Below, piece by piece: positions 1 to 10,339 of a DNA stretch of 64,000 nt (the stretch's first letter is position 1; the number at the start of each line of letters is the position of its first letter). The position numbers were made by a program, and so were the translations under genes. The stretch is from NCBI GenBank assembly GCA_030603385.1, contig JAUVXW010000001.1:64001-128000 (forward strand), written 5' to 3'. The DNA comes from Promethearchaeota archaeon. GTDB lineage: Archaea > Asgardarchaeota > Lokiarchaeia > Sigyniarchaeales > SOKP01. The notes under the pieces are model-generated. The model did no database searches. It worked only from the letters and a program-made list of their open reading frames with translations, and was not told where the DNA came from.

Positions 1-2
1 AT

Positions 3-761
3 CGTTTAGAGAAAAAAAATGCTATAAATTGGGATGTATTAAACGGTTTAGAAAAAGCGATTGAAGAAGCAGAACAATCAAAAACTAGGGTTATTATTTT
101 AACCGGCGCGACTGATTTTTTTAGTTCTGGAATTGACTTAAATCTTCTAGCTGGTCAAGATCCTACTTCAACAGAAAGGGGACCAGACTTGTCCACCCCA
201 TCCCATTTTAGATACTACTTAAATACTAAATTTCACCCAATAGTGATAAAAATTGGAAAAGTTGAAAAGCCATTTATAGCTAGAATTGAAGGATTTTGCT
301 TTGGATTAGGTTTTGAACTAGCCCTGGCATGTGATTTCCGATTTTCTCTAGAAAATGCTAAATTTAGTATGCCTGAGGTAAAGGTAGGAATCATTCCTGA
401 CGTGTCTGGAACAACAAGACTCACACGATTGTGTGGAATATCGCACGCAAAGGATATTGCATTAACTGGAAGGATTTTTGATGGCATAGAAGCATATAGA
501 ATGGGTGCAGTAAACGGAATAGCAAAAAATAGAGAAGAATTAGACGTCTTGGTGAAAAAATACTCGGATGAACTAATAGATAGCGCCCCACTTGCAGTAG
601 GATTAGGTAAAAAATTAATCGATAATATTTATGGTCAGAATCTTGAATTTGGTTTAGAACTGGAAGGCCTTGTAAATTCTCAATTATTACAATCAAGCGA
701 TTTTAGAAAAGGAGCTATGGCTCGATTACAAAAACAAAAGCCAAAATGGAAAGGTAAATAA
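3..761 (+). CDS. Enoyl-CoA hydratase/isomerase family protein (5' end outside window)
   Basis: Frame is open from the window start (RLEKKNAINW...VIILTGATDFFSSGIDL) into ORF 189..761; crotonase motifs GLGFELALACDFR and MPEVKVGIIPD. Confidence 0.9.
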   Translation, partial: RLEKKNAINWDVLNGLEKAIEEAEQSKTRVIILTGATDFFSSGIDLNLLAGQDPTSTERGPDLSTPSHFRYYLNTKFHPIVIKIGKVEKPFIARIEGFCFGLGFELALACDFRFSLENAKFSMPEVKVGIIPDVSGTTRLTRLCGISHAKDIALTGRIFDGIEAYRMGAVNGIAKNREELDVLVKKYSDELIDSAPLAVGLGKKLIDNIYGQNLEFGLELEGLVNSQLLQSSDFRKGAMARLQKQKPKWKGK

Positions 762-797
762 ACATTATTTAAATATTATTTTTAACATCTAATTGGA

Positions 798-1703
798 GTG
801 CCTGATTTTTTGGTAGTCAAAGTAGATTATCATTGTAATAATGAAATTTTAGAATGGCAGTGGTCATCAGATAGTGAATTGATGACCGACCCTTTCTTTA
901 CGTCTTGTTATTTAGTTGATGGTCTTCTCATTGATTCTGGAGCTCCTGGAGGAGTTGATGACTTGCGGGAGTTTGTGAACTCATTAAATCCTGAAGACAT
1001 GATTGAGAAATGTTTTATTACACATGCTCATGAGGATCATGCTGGTGGAGCTCATTTATTAAACACAGAGTTTGGAATTCCTATATATTCTGGTGAAAAA
1101 GCCATTAATCTTTTAAAATCTGGTAATACTTATCCAGATTATCGTCAAATGGCTTGGGGACCGAAACTATTACCTGTGAATGCTATATTTATAGAAGAAT
1201 TCATAATCACGAAATCAAAAAAATATAAGTTTGAATTATTTCCTATGTCTGGACATGCTCCAGAATTAATCACTCTTATAGAAAGAAAGCAGCAATGGGC
1301 TTTTGTTGCAGATGCAGTACAACCAAAATACAAGATGATATTCGGTGGACATAGCGATATACAAGAAGATATTTCATTAATTTTTCAAGCTCTACAAGAA
1401 TTGTATGACTTTACTGAGGGTATGAATGACTTACTAATATTTTCTGCAGGTAATGGCGTATTTCATAGCAGAGAATTTTTGATTGAGAAATTAAGGGAAA
1501 TTAAAAAAATGCATCAACAAGTCCATGAAGTTTATAAAACCCTTCCCAAAAATAAATATTCTAAAAAGCAAATTATAAGAAAAATATTAAAACAAGTATA
1601 TGGTAAGGAAAGTTTTGTCGGACAAATGACTCGAGGTGCTCTTTCGAGAAAAAATTTGATATCATCTCTACTTGATTGGCCAATAGATGGAAAATTAGCT
1701 TAA
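798..1703 (+). CDS. MBL-fold metallo-hydrolase
   Basis: LIDSG, THAHEDHAGG (HxHxDH), GHA and VAD motifs. Confidence 0.88.
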   Translation: MPDFLVVKVDYHCNNEILEWQWSSDSELMTDPFFTSCYLVDGLLIDSGAPGGVDDLREFVNSLNPEDMIEKCFITHAHEDHAGGAHLLNTEFGIPIYSGEKAINLLKSGNTYPDYRQMAWGPKLLPVNAIFIEEFIITKSKKYKFELFPMSGHAPELITLIERKQQWAFVADAVQPKYKMIFGGHSDIQEDISLIFQALQELYDFTEGMNDLLIFSAGNGVFHSREFLIEKLREIKKMHQQVHEVYKTLPKNKYSKKQIIRKILKQVYGKESFVGQMTRGALSRKNLISSLLDWPIDGKLA

Positions 1704-2124
1704 CAAAACAAGTGTCTATTAAATATTGATATTAAAAAAAGCCTTAATTTCAATTAATCAGTTTTAGAAAGTTGTCGATTATAGTATTATGATATTGTTT
1801 AGGTTGAATCTGTAATTCTTCACTTAACCAAATTTTATTTAAAATTTCCTCCCGCGAAATCTCTAATCTTATATCATAAGCAATTTCTTTATCCGACACA
1901 ATTGATTAATGAAATTACTTGTATTTAAATTCATGCTTAATGAAAAATAGGTACATTAAATTCATTATTAACCCATTAACATAAAATAGAAACATACTTA
2001 ACTCTAAATTGTTTGAAGATTAATAATTAAATCATAAAATTAAAGTTCTTTTAGGAACTATATATTCATATAATTGTCTGCTTAAATGTTATGTAATCAT
2101 TATTTACATAGATAATAATTATTT

Positions 2125-2796
2125 TTGATTAATATGATAGAGATTGACGAGAAAGAGCTTAACAAACTAAGCATAGATAAACTAACTCATCTATTTATGG
2201 ATGTTATCAATGAACAAAATTTAAAGTTAATTGAAGGAATTGAATTTCTTGTAGAGGAAAATTTTGATAGCTTTGAAAAAAATTTGCGTTATGTAATAGA
2301 TACTAATACAGAAGTTAAAATTAAGAAGAGATTCGAATCCAAAATATTTAAATCAAAATTAATGTTTTCAAAAGGAGATAGATTAAAACTTTTTACTAAA
2401 ATAAATGATATAAAAAATATCGGGGAATTCATAGCCAATAAAATGCTTCTTTATAAAGCAGTGTTTCCCGATGATAAATTTAAATTACAAATTCAAAGCG
2501 TTCTCAAATCTTTAAAAATAATTTCAAATGAAGTAGCTGACGCTGTTAAATCAATAGGAATCGATTTAAGTAAAGCTCATGACATCTGTGAAGAAGTCAA
2601 AGAAGAAAGACGGAAAATGAGAATAGAAGAATTCCAACTATTAAATCAACTTTATAATTATGATATGGATTATTTATCAAGGACCTTCTTGTATCTAAAA
2701 GAATTGATAGAAAGTATCATGATGTTAGCCGATCACCTTAAAAACTTCGCTGAATACATCCAGTTTTTAGCAACAAAATATCTAGTTTTCGATTAA
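2125..2796 (+). CDS. DUF47/PhoU-like phosphate transport regulator
   Basis: All-helical protein with LKELIESIMMLADHLKNFAE-type C-terminal helix, directly upstream of a PiT transporter; real start may be ATG 2134. Confidence 0.7.
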   Translation: MINMIEIDEKELNKLSIDKLTHLFMDVINEQNLKLIEGIEFLVEENFDSFEKNLRYVIDTNTEVKIKKRFESKIFKSKLMFSKGDRLKLFTKINDIKNIGEFIANKMLLYKAVFPDDKFKLQIQSVLKSLKIISNEVADAVKSIGIDLSKAHDICEEVKEERRKMRIEEFQLLNQLYNYDMDYLSRTFLYLKELIESIMMLADHLKNFAEYIQFLATKYLVFD

Positions 2797-2818
2797 AAAT
2801 ATATATTTATGATTTGAT

Positions 2819-3856
2819 ATGGCTACTGACATTAATTTAACTCTGATCATAGTCTTAATAGTTATGGCGATTGCACTCGCCTTCTCGATCGGCTCCAATG
2901 ACGAGACACTTGCTGCAATGGTCGGCGCTGGCGTCCTCAAATTTAAAATTGCTCTAATTGTAGGAGGTGCCGCAATAGGTTCTGGTATGATTCTTTTTAG
3001 TGGGGGTTTTGTTCCTGAAACAGTAGGTAGAAGTCTTTTAGGTGAAGGTTTAGAATCAAAATATACTAATATTATGCTCTTAGCCGTACTGATAAGTAGC
3101 ATTACATGGTTAGTAATAGGTAGTTTTGCCGGCATTCCCTTAAGTAGTACTCACTCTTTAATTGGTAGCATTGTTGGAGTAGTGATAGTATATGCAATCT
3201 TTCAAGGTGGGGTTGATCTTAATAATGCATTTAACTATGATAAGTTAAGAGATGTAGTGTTAAGCTGGTTTATATCCCCATTATCTGGCTTATTAATAAC
3301 ATATGTTCTCTTTAAAATCAGTGCTAAGTTATTTTTATCTCGTCTCAGAGGTCTTAATCAGATAGAAAAATCTGAAAAATCTTTTAAATGGTTATTATTT
3401 ATTGCAGTTATATTTGCCGAAATCTGGGTTGGAGCTAATTCTGGGGAAGCTTTAGGTATTCTTTTAGGTCTTAGAGAAAATAATTCTATAACCAATGGTC
3501 AATACCTATTCTTTGCAATTTTCTGCGGGATTTTTGCTTTCCTTGGCATTTATTTTGCGGCACGATATGTAATCCGAAATTTGGCTTCCTATATGATAGA
3601 TACGCGTCCTAGCGAGGGATTTATTATTCAAATAAGTTCTGCTATAATTCTAATGATTGCCACACTTTTGGCTCTCCCAATTAGTCACTCACATGTAATA
3701 GTATTTTGTATTATTGGTTTAAGTCTCGCTCAAAAGAAAGAAATAGACTATAGAGGTTTGGGTAAAATGGGACTCTATTGGGTTCTTACATTTCCAATAG
3801 CTGCTTTTTTAGCAGGATTTTTATATTTTATTTTTAGTTCATTTGGATTATCATGA
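2819..3856 (+). CDS. pit: Inorganic phosphate transporter, PiT family
   Basis: Multi-TM; GSND and GANS signature variants, GIPLSSTHSLIG and LPISHSH motifs. Confidence 0.88.
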   Translation: MATDINLTLIIVLIVMAIALAFSIGSNDETLAAMVGAGVLKFKIALIVGGAAIGSGMILFSGGFVPETVGRSLLGEGLESKYTNIMLLAVLISSITWLVIGSFAGIPLSSTHSLIGSIVGVVIVYAIFQGGVDLNNAFNYDKLRDVVLSWFISPLSGLLITYVLFKISAKLFLSRLRGLNQIEKSEKSFKWLLFIAVIFAEIWVGANSGEALGILLGLRENNSITNGQYLFFAIFCGIFAFLGIYFAARYVIRNLASYMIDTRPSEGFIIQISSAIILMIATLLALPISHSHVIVFCIIGLSLAQKKEIDYRGLGKMGLYWVLTFPIAAFLAGFLYFIFSSFGLS

Positions 3857-3936
3857 TAAATGTTAAAAAGAAAAAAAAAATATATAATAATAACTGAAAC
3901 AATATGGTGGTATAAATAGGGTCTTTAATTGAATTT

Positions 3937-4599
3937 TTGAAAAGAGAAACTGCTGTCAATGCTTTAGAAAAATCCGTTAAACATGCTCAAATAGTTCAAG
4001 AAACTGTAAAGAATTTAGATGCAGGTTTACAGATTTTATTGAAAGAAAAAGATGTTGAAAAGTCACATAAACTATTTCATAAAGTTGATGTTTTAGAAAG
4101 AGATGCAGATAACTTAAGAAGAAAAATCCAAAAAGATATTTCAAGAGGAGAATTAAATCCAAGCGTAAGACAAAATTTATCACATTTAATTAAAAGGATG
4201 GATGATGTTGCAAATTGCAGTACAGGTGTTGCACGTAGAATTAATACAATTCCTTTGAAATTTTGGGAGGAAAGTAGTAAAGAAACAATTGATTTAATAT
4301 TAGAAATGATGAAAACTACCGTTGACTGTGTTCAATTTCTAGATAAAATCGTACTCGATTTGCTCGAGGAAAGAAAAAATATAATGAAATTCTCCACACA
4401 AATAAATCAGCTTGAGCATACAGTAGATCTGCTTAATATTGAATTGAGAAAAAATCTCCAAGAAACCGAATATACTGTAAATTTTTTTACGATTTTCACA
4501 GCTGGAAACGTATTTGACATTTTAGAAGCAATATCAGATTCAATCGAGGGTGTTGCAGATTATATTTTGGTACTATTAACAAGCGCAGAAAGATTGTAA
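3937..4599 (+). CDS. DUF47 (PhoU-like) phosphate transport regulator
   Basis: LERDADNLRRKI, MDDVAN, LEHTVD and ISDSIEGVAD repeats typical of DUF47; adjacent to pit. Confidence 0.85.
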   Translation: MKRETAVNALEKSVKHAQIVQETVKNLDAGLQILLKEKDVEKSHKLFHKVDVLERDADNLRRKIQKDISRGELNPSVRQNLSHLIKRMDDVANCSTGVARRINTIPLKFWEESSKETIDLILEMMKTTVDCVQFLDKIVLDLLEERKNIMKFSTQINQLEHTVDLLNIELRKNLQETEYTVNFFTIFTAGNVFDILEAISDSIEGVADYILVLLTSAERL

Positions 4600-4651
4600 C
4601 TTTGTATTAAAGGTTAGATTTATTAATGGATAAAAGAAGAATTAGTTTGAA

Positions 4652-6226
4652 TTATATTAAACTTTGACCAACAACACTCTTATGAGGCATCTTCCCTAAC
4701 ATTTTTAACAGAGTTGGAACAATGTCAGTTATTTTACAATAAGAAATATGTTTATGTGGAATTTCTGGAGATCCCCCGATAATCAACGGAACGTTCATAC
4801 ATTCTCTTATACCCCTATCATGATTATAGATATTTTTATTCCCTTTTTTACCATTTTTTAGATTATAAACTACTGATCCATCATTGCTTAAAATTATATC
4901 GGAGCTTCTAGGATTTTTAAAATGACGGGGTATTAAATCGGAGTACATTGGATAATCAAGGTGGTATGTAGCACCTAACCATTCTTGAATGGTGTGAAAT
5001 TTGTTATCCATTAATTTGCTAGCATTTTCGTCGTTTGAGTAATCGAAAATATCGGTATCATCATTTTCCATAATGTATCTTGTTTTATAATTATTACCCA
5101 TACCGGAATATTCAATAGCACCGGAAATTATTTTTTTTGATTTTTTATTCTTCTTCTTTAAATGAATAATTCCCTTGTTGACTGTATTTTTTTCATCTCT
5201 ATAGTACATTAAATGGCTGCCTTCAATTTTGAATAAGTCTTGCAGTAAATTTATTTTTTTAGGACCATATCTTTCTAATTCTTTAACAGTGGGATGAGAC
5301 CAACTATTTTTTACATCAGAATTAGTATTTCCTTTAAAATTAAAGAAGCCAATTCCGTCATATTTCGCTAAATTCATATTTCCCCGTAAATTCCTTCGAG
5401 GATGATAATGAGTTAGTTTATTTGCTTTAAAAAAATCAAATATCTTACCATATCTTTCTGCTTTATAATTTCCATGATCGGAAACAATTGCTATCGCAGT
5501 ATCATCTAAATATCCCATTTTATCCAAACTCTCAACTAATAGACCAATTACTTTATCAATATGCAAAATATTTAATTTATAGATTTGCGAATTGAACCCA
5601 AAAATATGTAATAAAATGTCAGGTGTCATAAACCATAATAATGATGCAACTGGAGGTTCAGAATCTTTAATAAATTTTTTTGGTTTTTTAAAAGTGTCAA
5701 TTAGCTTTTTTACTACACCAGTATCAGCTCTGGCCATCATTTTCTTTATATTTCGTGAATAGTATAAAGTTAGATAAAACATAGCAAGTTTAGTTTTTCT
5801 TTCTGGAAAAAAATACTTTGATCCCCGGCTGACAAACTGAGCAATACTAGCAGTCTTCCCATCTCCAACCATTTCAAGAATGGTTTTGCATCTGTTTCCA
5901 AGATCTTTATTTAACTTATATATTTGTAGATTTTTGGCAGTGTAATCTCTTAAAAATGGAGGGGCAATATCACGACCCATCCAATTCATTAACGGTACAC
6001 CATGACAGAATTCTTTACGGTAATCACCAGTGTATGTCCCTGTTACTAATGAGACATGAGTTGGAAAAGTAATAGGTGGAAAATCAGTTATGCAATTCTT
6101 GGAATAAATCCCATTTTCCATCAATTTCTTTATGTTAGGGAGCAATCCTTTTTCTATAAAATTAAATAGAAGGTCAGATCTTACATTATCAATTATGCAG
6201 TAGATAATCCTATTTATCTTATTCAT
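4652..6226 (-). CDS. Alkaline phosphatase superfamily (nucleotide pyrophosphatase/phosphodiesterase-like) protein
   Basis: IDNVR, PPITFPTH (Thr nucleophile), PDILLH, SDHG and ITDIVPTLL motifs. Confidence 0.85.
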   Translation of the reverse strand: MNKINRIIYCIIDNVRSDLLFNFIEKGLLPNIKKLMENGIYSKNCITDFPPITFPTHVSLVTGTYTGDYRKEFCHGVPLMNWMGRDIAPPFLRDYTAKNLQIYKLNKDLGNRCKTILEMVGDGKTASIAQFVSRGSKYFFPERKTKLAMFYLTLYYSRNIKKMMARADTGVVKKLIDTFKKPKKFIKDSEPPVASLLWFMTPDILLHIFGFNSQIYKLNILHIDKVIGLLVESLDKMGYLDDTAIAIVSDHGNYKAERYGKIFDFFKANKLTHYHPRRNLRGNMNLAKYDGIGFFNFKGNTNSDVKNSWSHPTVKELERYGPKKINLLQDLFKIEGSHLMYYRDEKNTVNKGIIHLKKKNKKSKKIISGAIEYSGMGNNYKTRYIMENDDTDIFDYSNDENASKLMDNKFHTIQEWLGATYHLDYPMYSDLIPRHFKNPRSSDIILSNDGSVVYNLKNGKKGNKNIYNHDRGIRECMNVPLIIGGSPEIPHKHISYCKITDIVPTLLKMLGKMPHKSVVGQSLI

Positions 6227-6529
6227 AATATTAGAAATCTTGAGCTAAGAATTATAATATTTCAAGAATTAAAAAATATAATATTATTGAATATTTGAAA
6301 ATAAGAAGATGTCAACAAAAATAAATACAAAAAGTTGATTTTCTGGATGGATGATCCCTCCTTTTTTTAAGAAGGGGAGGTATTCTTCCTCAAGTATCTT
6401 CTTATTCCCCTTTAATTGCTCTCGATATACATATAATGCATAATCTAAATGAGAAAACTTCTTACGAGTATTTAAAAAAGTAATTAAATGATGATTTGAT
6501 TAAGGAGAATAAGGTTTAATATGGGATAA

Positions 6530-6662
6530 TGGAGCCCCCGGTGGGAATTTCAGGATAAAACACAATGTTCAACCCAATTGAACCCACGGCCGGCAGATTA
6601 CAATTACAGCGTAGTATAATTTATTACTACTGTCTGCTGCTCTACCACTAAGCCACGGAGGC
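6530..6662 (-). tRNA. tRNA-Thr(UGU) with two introns (32/33: 6604-6631, 28 nt; 59/60: 6547-6576, 30 nt), CCA encoded
   Basis: Reverse strand reads GCCTCCG TG GCTT AGTGGTA GAGC A GCAGA C[intron]TTGTAA TCTGC CGGCC GTGGG TTCAAT[intron]T CCCAC CGGGGGC T CCA; all stems pair, U73 discriminator, both introns fold into BHB-type motifs. Confidence 0.9.
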
Positions 6663-6805
6663 GAAACTTTTTTCTATATTTTATATGAAAATGTTATAAA
6701 TTTTTAATTTTGTGGTTTTAGGACGTTTAAAAATCAACACAAATAATTAAATGTTAACTTGAACTATTGTTCATAAATTATTAAATAATATTTTTGAGAG
6801 GAAAA

Positions 6806-7153
6806 ATGCCGTTTACTAAAGAAGATGTTGCTAAATTGGCTTTTAGGATATATAAGAAAGGGGAAACACTAGAAAAATCGACTTGGCGCCTTGCGGAGCT
6901 CTGCTGCGTTATTAACAAAAATATCAAGAATGGATATGATATCAAGCCATTAGAGACAGACAATCTAGTTATATTGATAAGGGATGATGTAAACGGTGAA
7001 ATAATTCAACCTCCCGAAAATGAAATAAAAGACATTGCAAAAGTAATTTATAATGAAGGGCCGAGTAAGAGCGAGCTAGATTATTTTATCGCCGAGAAAC
7101 AACTTCTTTTAGAAGAGATAAAGAATATAATTGTCCAAAATAGAAATACTTAA
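6806..7153 (+). CDS. Small hypothetical protein with two DUF2934-like helical repeats
   Basis: EDVAKLAFRIYKKG...WRLAE and EIKDIAKVIYNEG...YFIAE repeats; ATG at 6806 after GAGAGG. Confidence 0.6.
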   Translation: MPFTKEDVAKLAFRIYKKGETLEKSTWRLAELCCVINKNIKNGYDIKPLETDNLVILIRDDVNGEIIQPPENEIKDIAKVIYNEGPSKSELDYFIAEKQLLLEEIKNIIVQNRNT

Positions 7154-7316
7154 TAAAATCTCAAAGTAAATTATTTGAATCTACTTTTTTTAATAGAATA
7201 TTGAATTTTGAAGAAGCCTAAGGACTATTAAATTAGGAATAGTTGGTATTATAATAGATATTATACTAATTATTAATAGTTGACAATTATATTATCATTT
7301 TTTATGGGATTGTAAA

Positions 7317-10307
7317 TTGCCGAGTCCAAGAAAAGGAAGAAATAAAAAAGCTGAAGATCAAATTCAAAAATCATTATTTTCCTTTGTTGATGAAAAAGAA
7401 AAGGAGAAGAAAGAACCAGCAGAAGAGTCTAAGAAAGAGCAAATTAAAGCCTTAGAAAAAGAAAAACCAATTGAAAAAGCTACGACTACTGAAGAAGAGA
7501 AAATTGTAGAAACTCAATCAAAAGAAAAACCTGAAATAAAAAAAATCTCTCAAATCTCCTTCTTTAAAGAAAAAGATGAGCCCTTTGGATTAATGGAAAG
7601 TAATATAAAGTTAGAAAAAGTCCTCAGAGAAGGAGTAACCTCAAAATATATCCGTTATTTGATTGCAAAGGGAGAAATAGTCGAGAATTTAGATAGAGGA
7701 TTATTACTGGATGTTGATTATGATGGTGGACAAAACAAAGCATTTTGTAAATTCTATGATTTAGACACTGAGGATATAAAGATTTGGATTGATACAACTG
7801 AGCATGAACCTTATTGTTTAAGTAAAGAGCCAATTTCCGAATTAGAAAAATTATATTATTCAGAAAAAATTGGACAAACGAAGCAGAAAAAGAAATTAAC
7901 CGATTATGTGGGATTCAAGCGATTCGAGGAAATAAAACGATTTGATTTATTAAAAGATAAAGAAATTAAAATGACAAAGCTATACGGTGATACTCCTATA
8001 GATATAGGGGGCTCCGGAACGAATCTTCGTAATATCTTAAATGAAAATAAAAAGAAGGCGTGGGAAGCAGATATACGGTATCATTTAAACTATATCTTTG
8101 ATAGACAACTAATCCCTGGGTTAATTTATAGCATAAAAAATGGGAAACTTGAAATATTAGATTTTGAGAAAATTGATGATAATTCTAAAAGAATGGCTGA
8201 CGAGCTTCGAATTCTATTTAAAGACGAAGCTCCAGAAATTCAAGAATTCTCTGAGAAATTTTTAAATATCTTTATTACGCCTATCCCTGATGTCAAGCGT
8301 GTGGCTATGGATATAGAGATTAAAATAGGTGAAAAAGATTATAGAATTCCTGATCCACGTTCAGCTAAACAAGAAGTTATCAGTGTATCGTTTGTAGCTA
8401 CTGATGGATTAAAAGTAGTGTATATGCTTGAACGAGAAGATTATAGTTTTGAAAAACTTCATGAAGAATTTCCCTCAGATGCAAGAATTGTTCTCTTTAA
8501 ATCTGAAAAGGAATTAATTACAGAAACGTTTCGGCTCCTATGGAAATATCCTGTTGTTATAACTTTTAATGGCGACAATTTTGATTTAAACTATCTATTC
8601 CATCGAGCGAATGAAAAATTGAAGATTAATAGAGATTTAAATCCTATTCATGTAAAGCGAGGTTTTGGAATCTTATCAAAAGCAGAGTGCGATTTAAGAA
8701 GCGGAATTCACATTGACGTATTTAATATATTCTTTAATAGAAGTATTTCAGGATATGCATTTGGAGGTGTTTATGAAAGTGCTTCTCTCAATGCCATTAG
8801 TGCTGCCTTATTGGGAGAAGAAAAGTATCAACATGAGGAACTAATTCATGAAATGGAATTTGATATTCTTTCATGGTATAATCTTAAAGATTCCATATTG
8901 ACACTAGATCTTACGAAGTTTAACAATTCTCTCGTTTGGAACCTGATAATTCTATTATGTCGAATAACAAAAATGCCAATCCATGATATGGTGCGAAGGC
9001 AGATTTCAACCTGGATACAAAATATTTTTTATTTTGAACACCGTAGAAAAGGTTATCTAATTCCTCAACGGTCAGAAATAAGAGAATTAAAAGAAGGGGG
9101 AAAATTATCATCTAAGACTAATGATGAAAAATTCATGGGAGCCTACGTTATTCCTCCTGTTCCTGGAATTCATTTTGATGTTGTTGTCATGGATTTCGCC
9201 TCACTTTATCCCTCTATAATTAAGGAATATAATCTTTCTTACGAAACAGTTTTATGTCGTCATAAAGATGATGAGGATAATCTAGTCAAGGGGACTCCTT
9301 ATCATATATGCACGCATAAAATGGGAATATTTGCTTATGTAGTCGGCTTTTTCCGTGATATTAGGGTAAAGTATTTTAAACCAAAATCAGGCGATAAAAG
9401 CTTATCAGAAAAACAACGTAGTTATTACCAAACAATCCAACAAGCGCTTAAGGTTTTTATTAATGCTTCCTACGGAGTCTTTGGCTCACAAAACTTCCCT
9501 TTGCTTTGTTTACCCGTAGCAGAAAGTATTACAGGAATCGGACAGTATTCTATTAAGCAAACAATCAAAAAAGCTAAAGAATTAGGTGTAGAGGTTTTAT
9601 ATGGGGACACAGATTCAATTTTTCTTAAAAACCCTACAAAAGATCAAATGAAAGAAATATCCGATTGGAGTAAGAAAGAATTAGATTTAGATTTAGAAGA
9701 AGAAAAAACATATCAATTCTTAGCCCTTTCTGAAAGAAAAAAGAACTATCTTGGTATATATAAAGACACTAAATATGTTGACAAAAAGGGTTTAGTTGCT
9801 AAGAAGAAAAACACTCCCGAATTTATCAGAACTGTATTTAACGAAGTAATTGAAATCTTAAAAAATATCAATAATAATGAGGATTTTTTGAAAGCACGAA
9901 AATCTATTATTGATATTATTAAAATAAACAGAAAAAAAATAGGTAAAGAGGGTGAATTCAACTTAGAAGACTATTCGATTAATATAAGTATGCAAAAATC
10001 ACTTAAATCTTATGAGAAAACGATCCCCCAACATGTGAGAGCTGCGTTAGAATTAAAAGCCAGAACAGGAAGAGAACTCCAAAAAGGAGACAATGTTAAA
10101 TTTATCAAAAGTAACGATAAAATTGGAGCTAAAGCGTTTGAATTGGCTAAATTTGGAGATCTAGATGTTAAAAAGTATAAAGAACTATTGAGATCAGCAT
10201 TAGAGCAGTTATTAGATGCATTAGGAATTGAATATGAAGAAATTATTTTAAAAGGATATAAAAAGAAGAAAGAAGCCGAACCAAAACATCAATCGACACT
10301 TTTTTAA
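7317..10307 (+). CDS. polB: Family B DNA polymerase (PolB1-like) with charged N-terminal extension
   Basis: ExoI DIE, ExoII FNGDNFD, ExoIII YNLKD; polymerase motifs DFASLYPS, KVFINASYG, YGDTDS, KKNY. Confidence 0.97.
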   Translation: MPSPRKGRNKKAEDQIQKSLFSFVDEKEKEKKEPAEESKKEQIKALEKEKPIEKATTTEEEKIVETQSKEKPEIKKISQISFFKEKDEPFGLMESNIKLEKVLREGVTSKYIRYLIAKGEIVENLDRGLLLDVDYDGGQNKAFCKFYDLDTEDIKIWIDTTEHEPYCLSKEPISELEKLYYSEKIGQTKQKKKLTDYVGFKRFEEIKRFDLLKDKEIKMTKLYGDTPIDIGGSGTNLRNILNENKKKAWEADIRYHLNYIFDRQLIPGLIYSIKNGKLEILDFEKIDDNSKRMADELRILFKDEAPEIQEFSEKFLNIFITPIPDVKRVAMDIEIKIGEKDYRIPDPRSAKQEVISVSFVATDGLKVVYMLEREDYSFEKLHEEFPSDARIVLFKSEKELITETFRLLWKYPVVITFNGDNFDLNYLFHRANEKLKINRDLNPIHVKRGFGILSKAECDLRSGIHIDVFNIFFNRSISGYAFGGVYESASLNAISAALLGEEKYQHEELIHEMEFDILSWYNLKDSILTLDLTKFNNSLVWNLIILLCRITKMPIHDMVRRQISTWIQNIFYFEHRRKGYLIPQRSEIRELKEGGKLSSKTNDEKFMGAYVIPPVPGIHFDVVVMDFASLYPSIIKEYNLSYETVLCRHKDDEDNLVKGTPYHICTHKMGIFAYVVGFFRDIRVKYFKPKSGDKSLSEKQRSYYQTIQQALKVFINASYGVFGSQNFPLLCLPVAESITGIGQYSIKQTIKKAKELGVEVLYGDTDSIFLKNPTKDQMKEISDWSKKELDLDLEEEKTYQFLALSERKKNYLGIYKDTKYVDKKGLVAKKKNTPEFIRTVFNEVIEILKNINNNEDFLKARKSIIDIIKINRKKIGKEGEFNLEDYSINISMQKSLKSYEKTIPQHVRAALELKARTGRELQKGDNVKFIKSNDKIGAKAFELAKFGDLDVKKYKELLRSALEQLLDALGIEYEEIILKGYKKKKEAEPKHQSTLF

Positions 10308-10339
10308 TTTTTCAATATTTTGAAAGGAGTGTATCGATT

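Noticed and set aside
1790-1900. Possible 37-codon ORF on the minus strand (VSDKEIAYDIRLEISREEIL...)
   Set aside because: Too short, with no SD and no recognisable motif.
6600-6640. tRNA-Tyr(GUA) with a canonical 37/38 intron
   Set aside because: This would need A33 instead of U33 and gives no BHB at 37/38; the G1-C72 pair with U73 and the 32/33 BHB-like fold support Thr(UGU).
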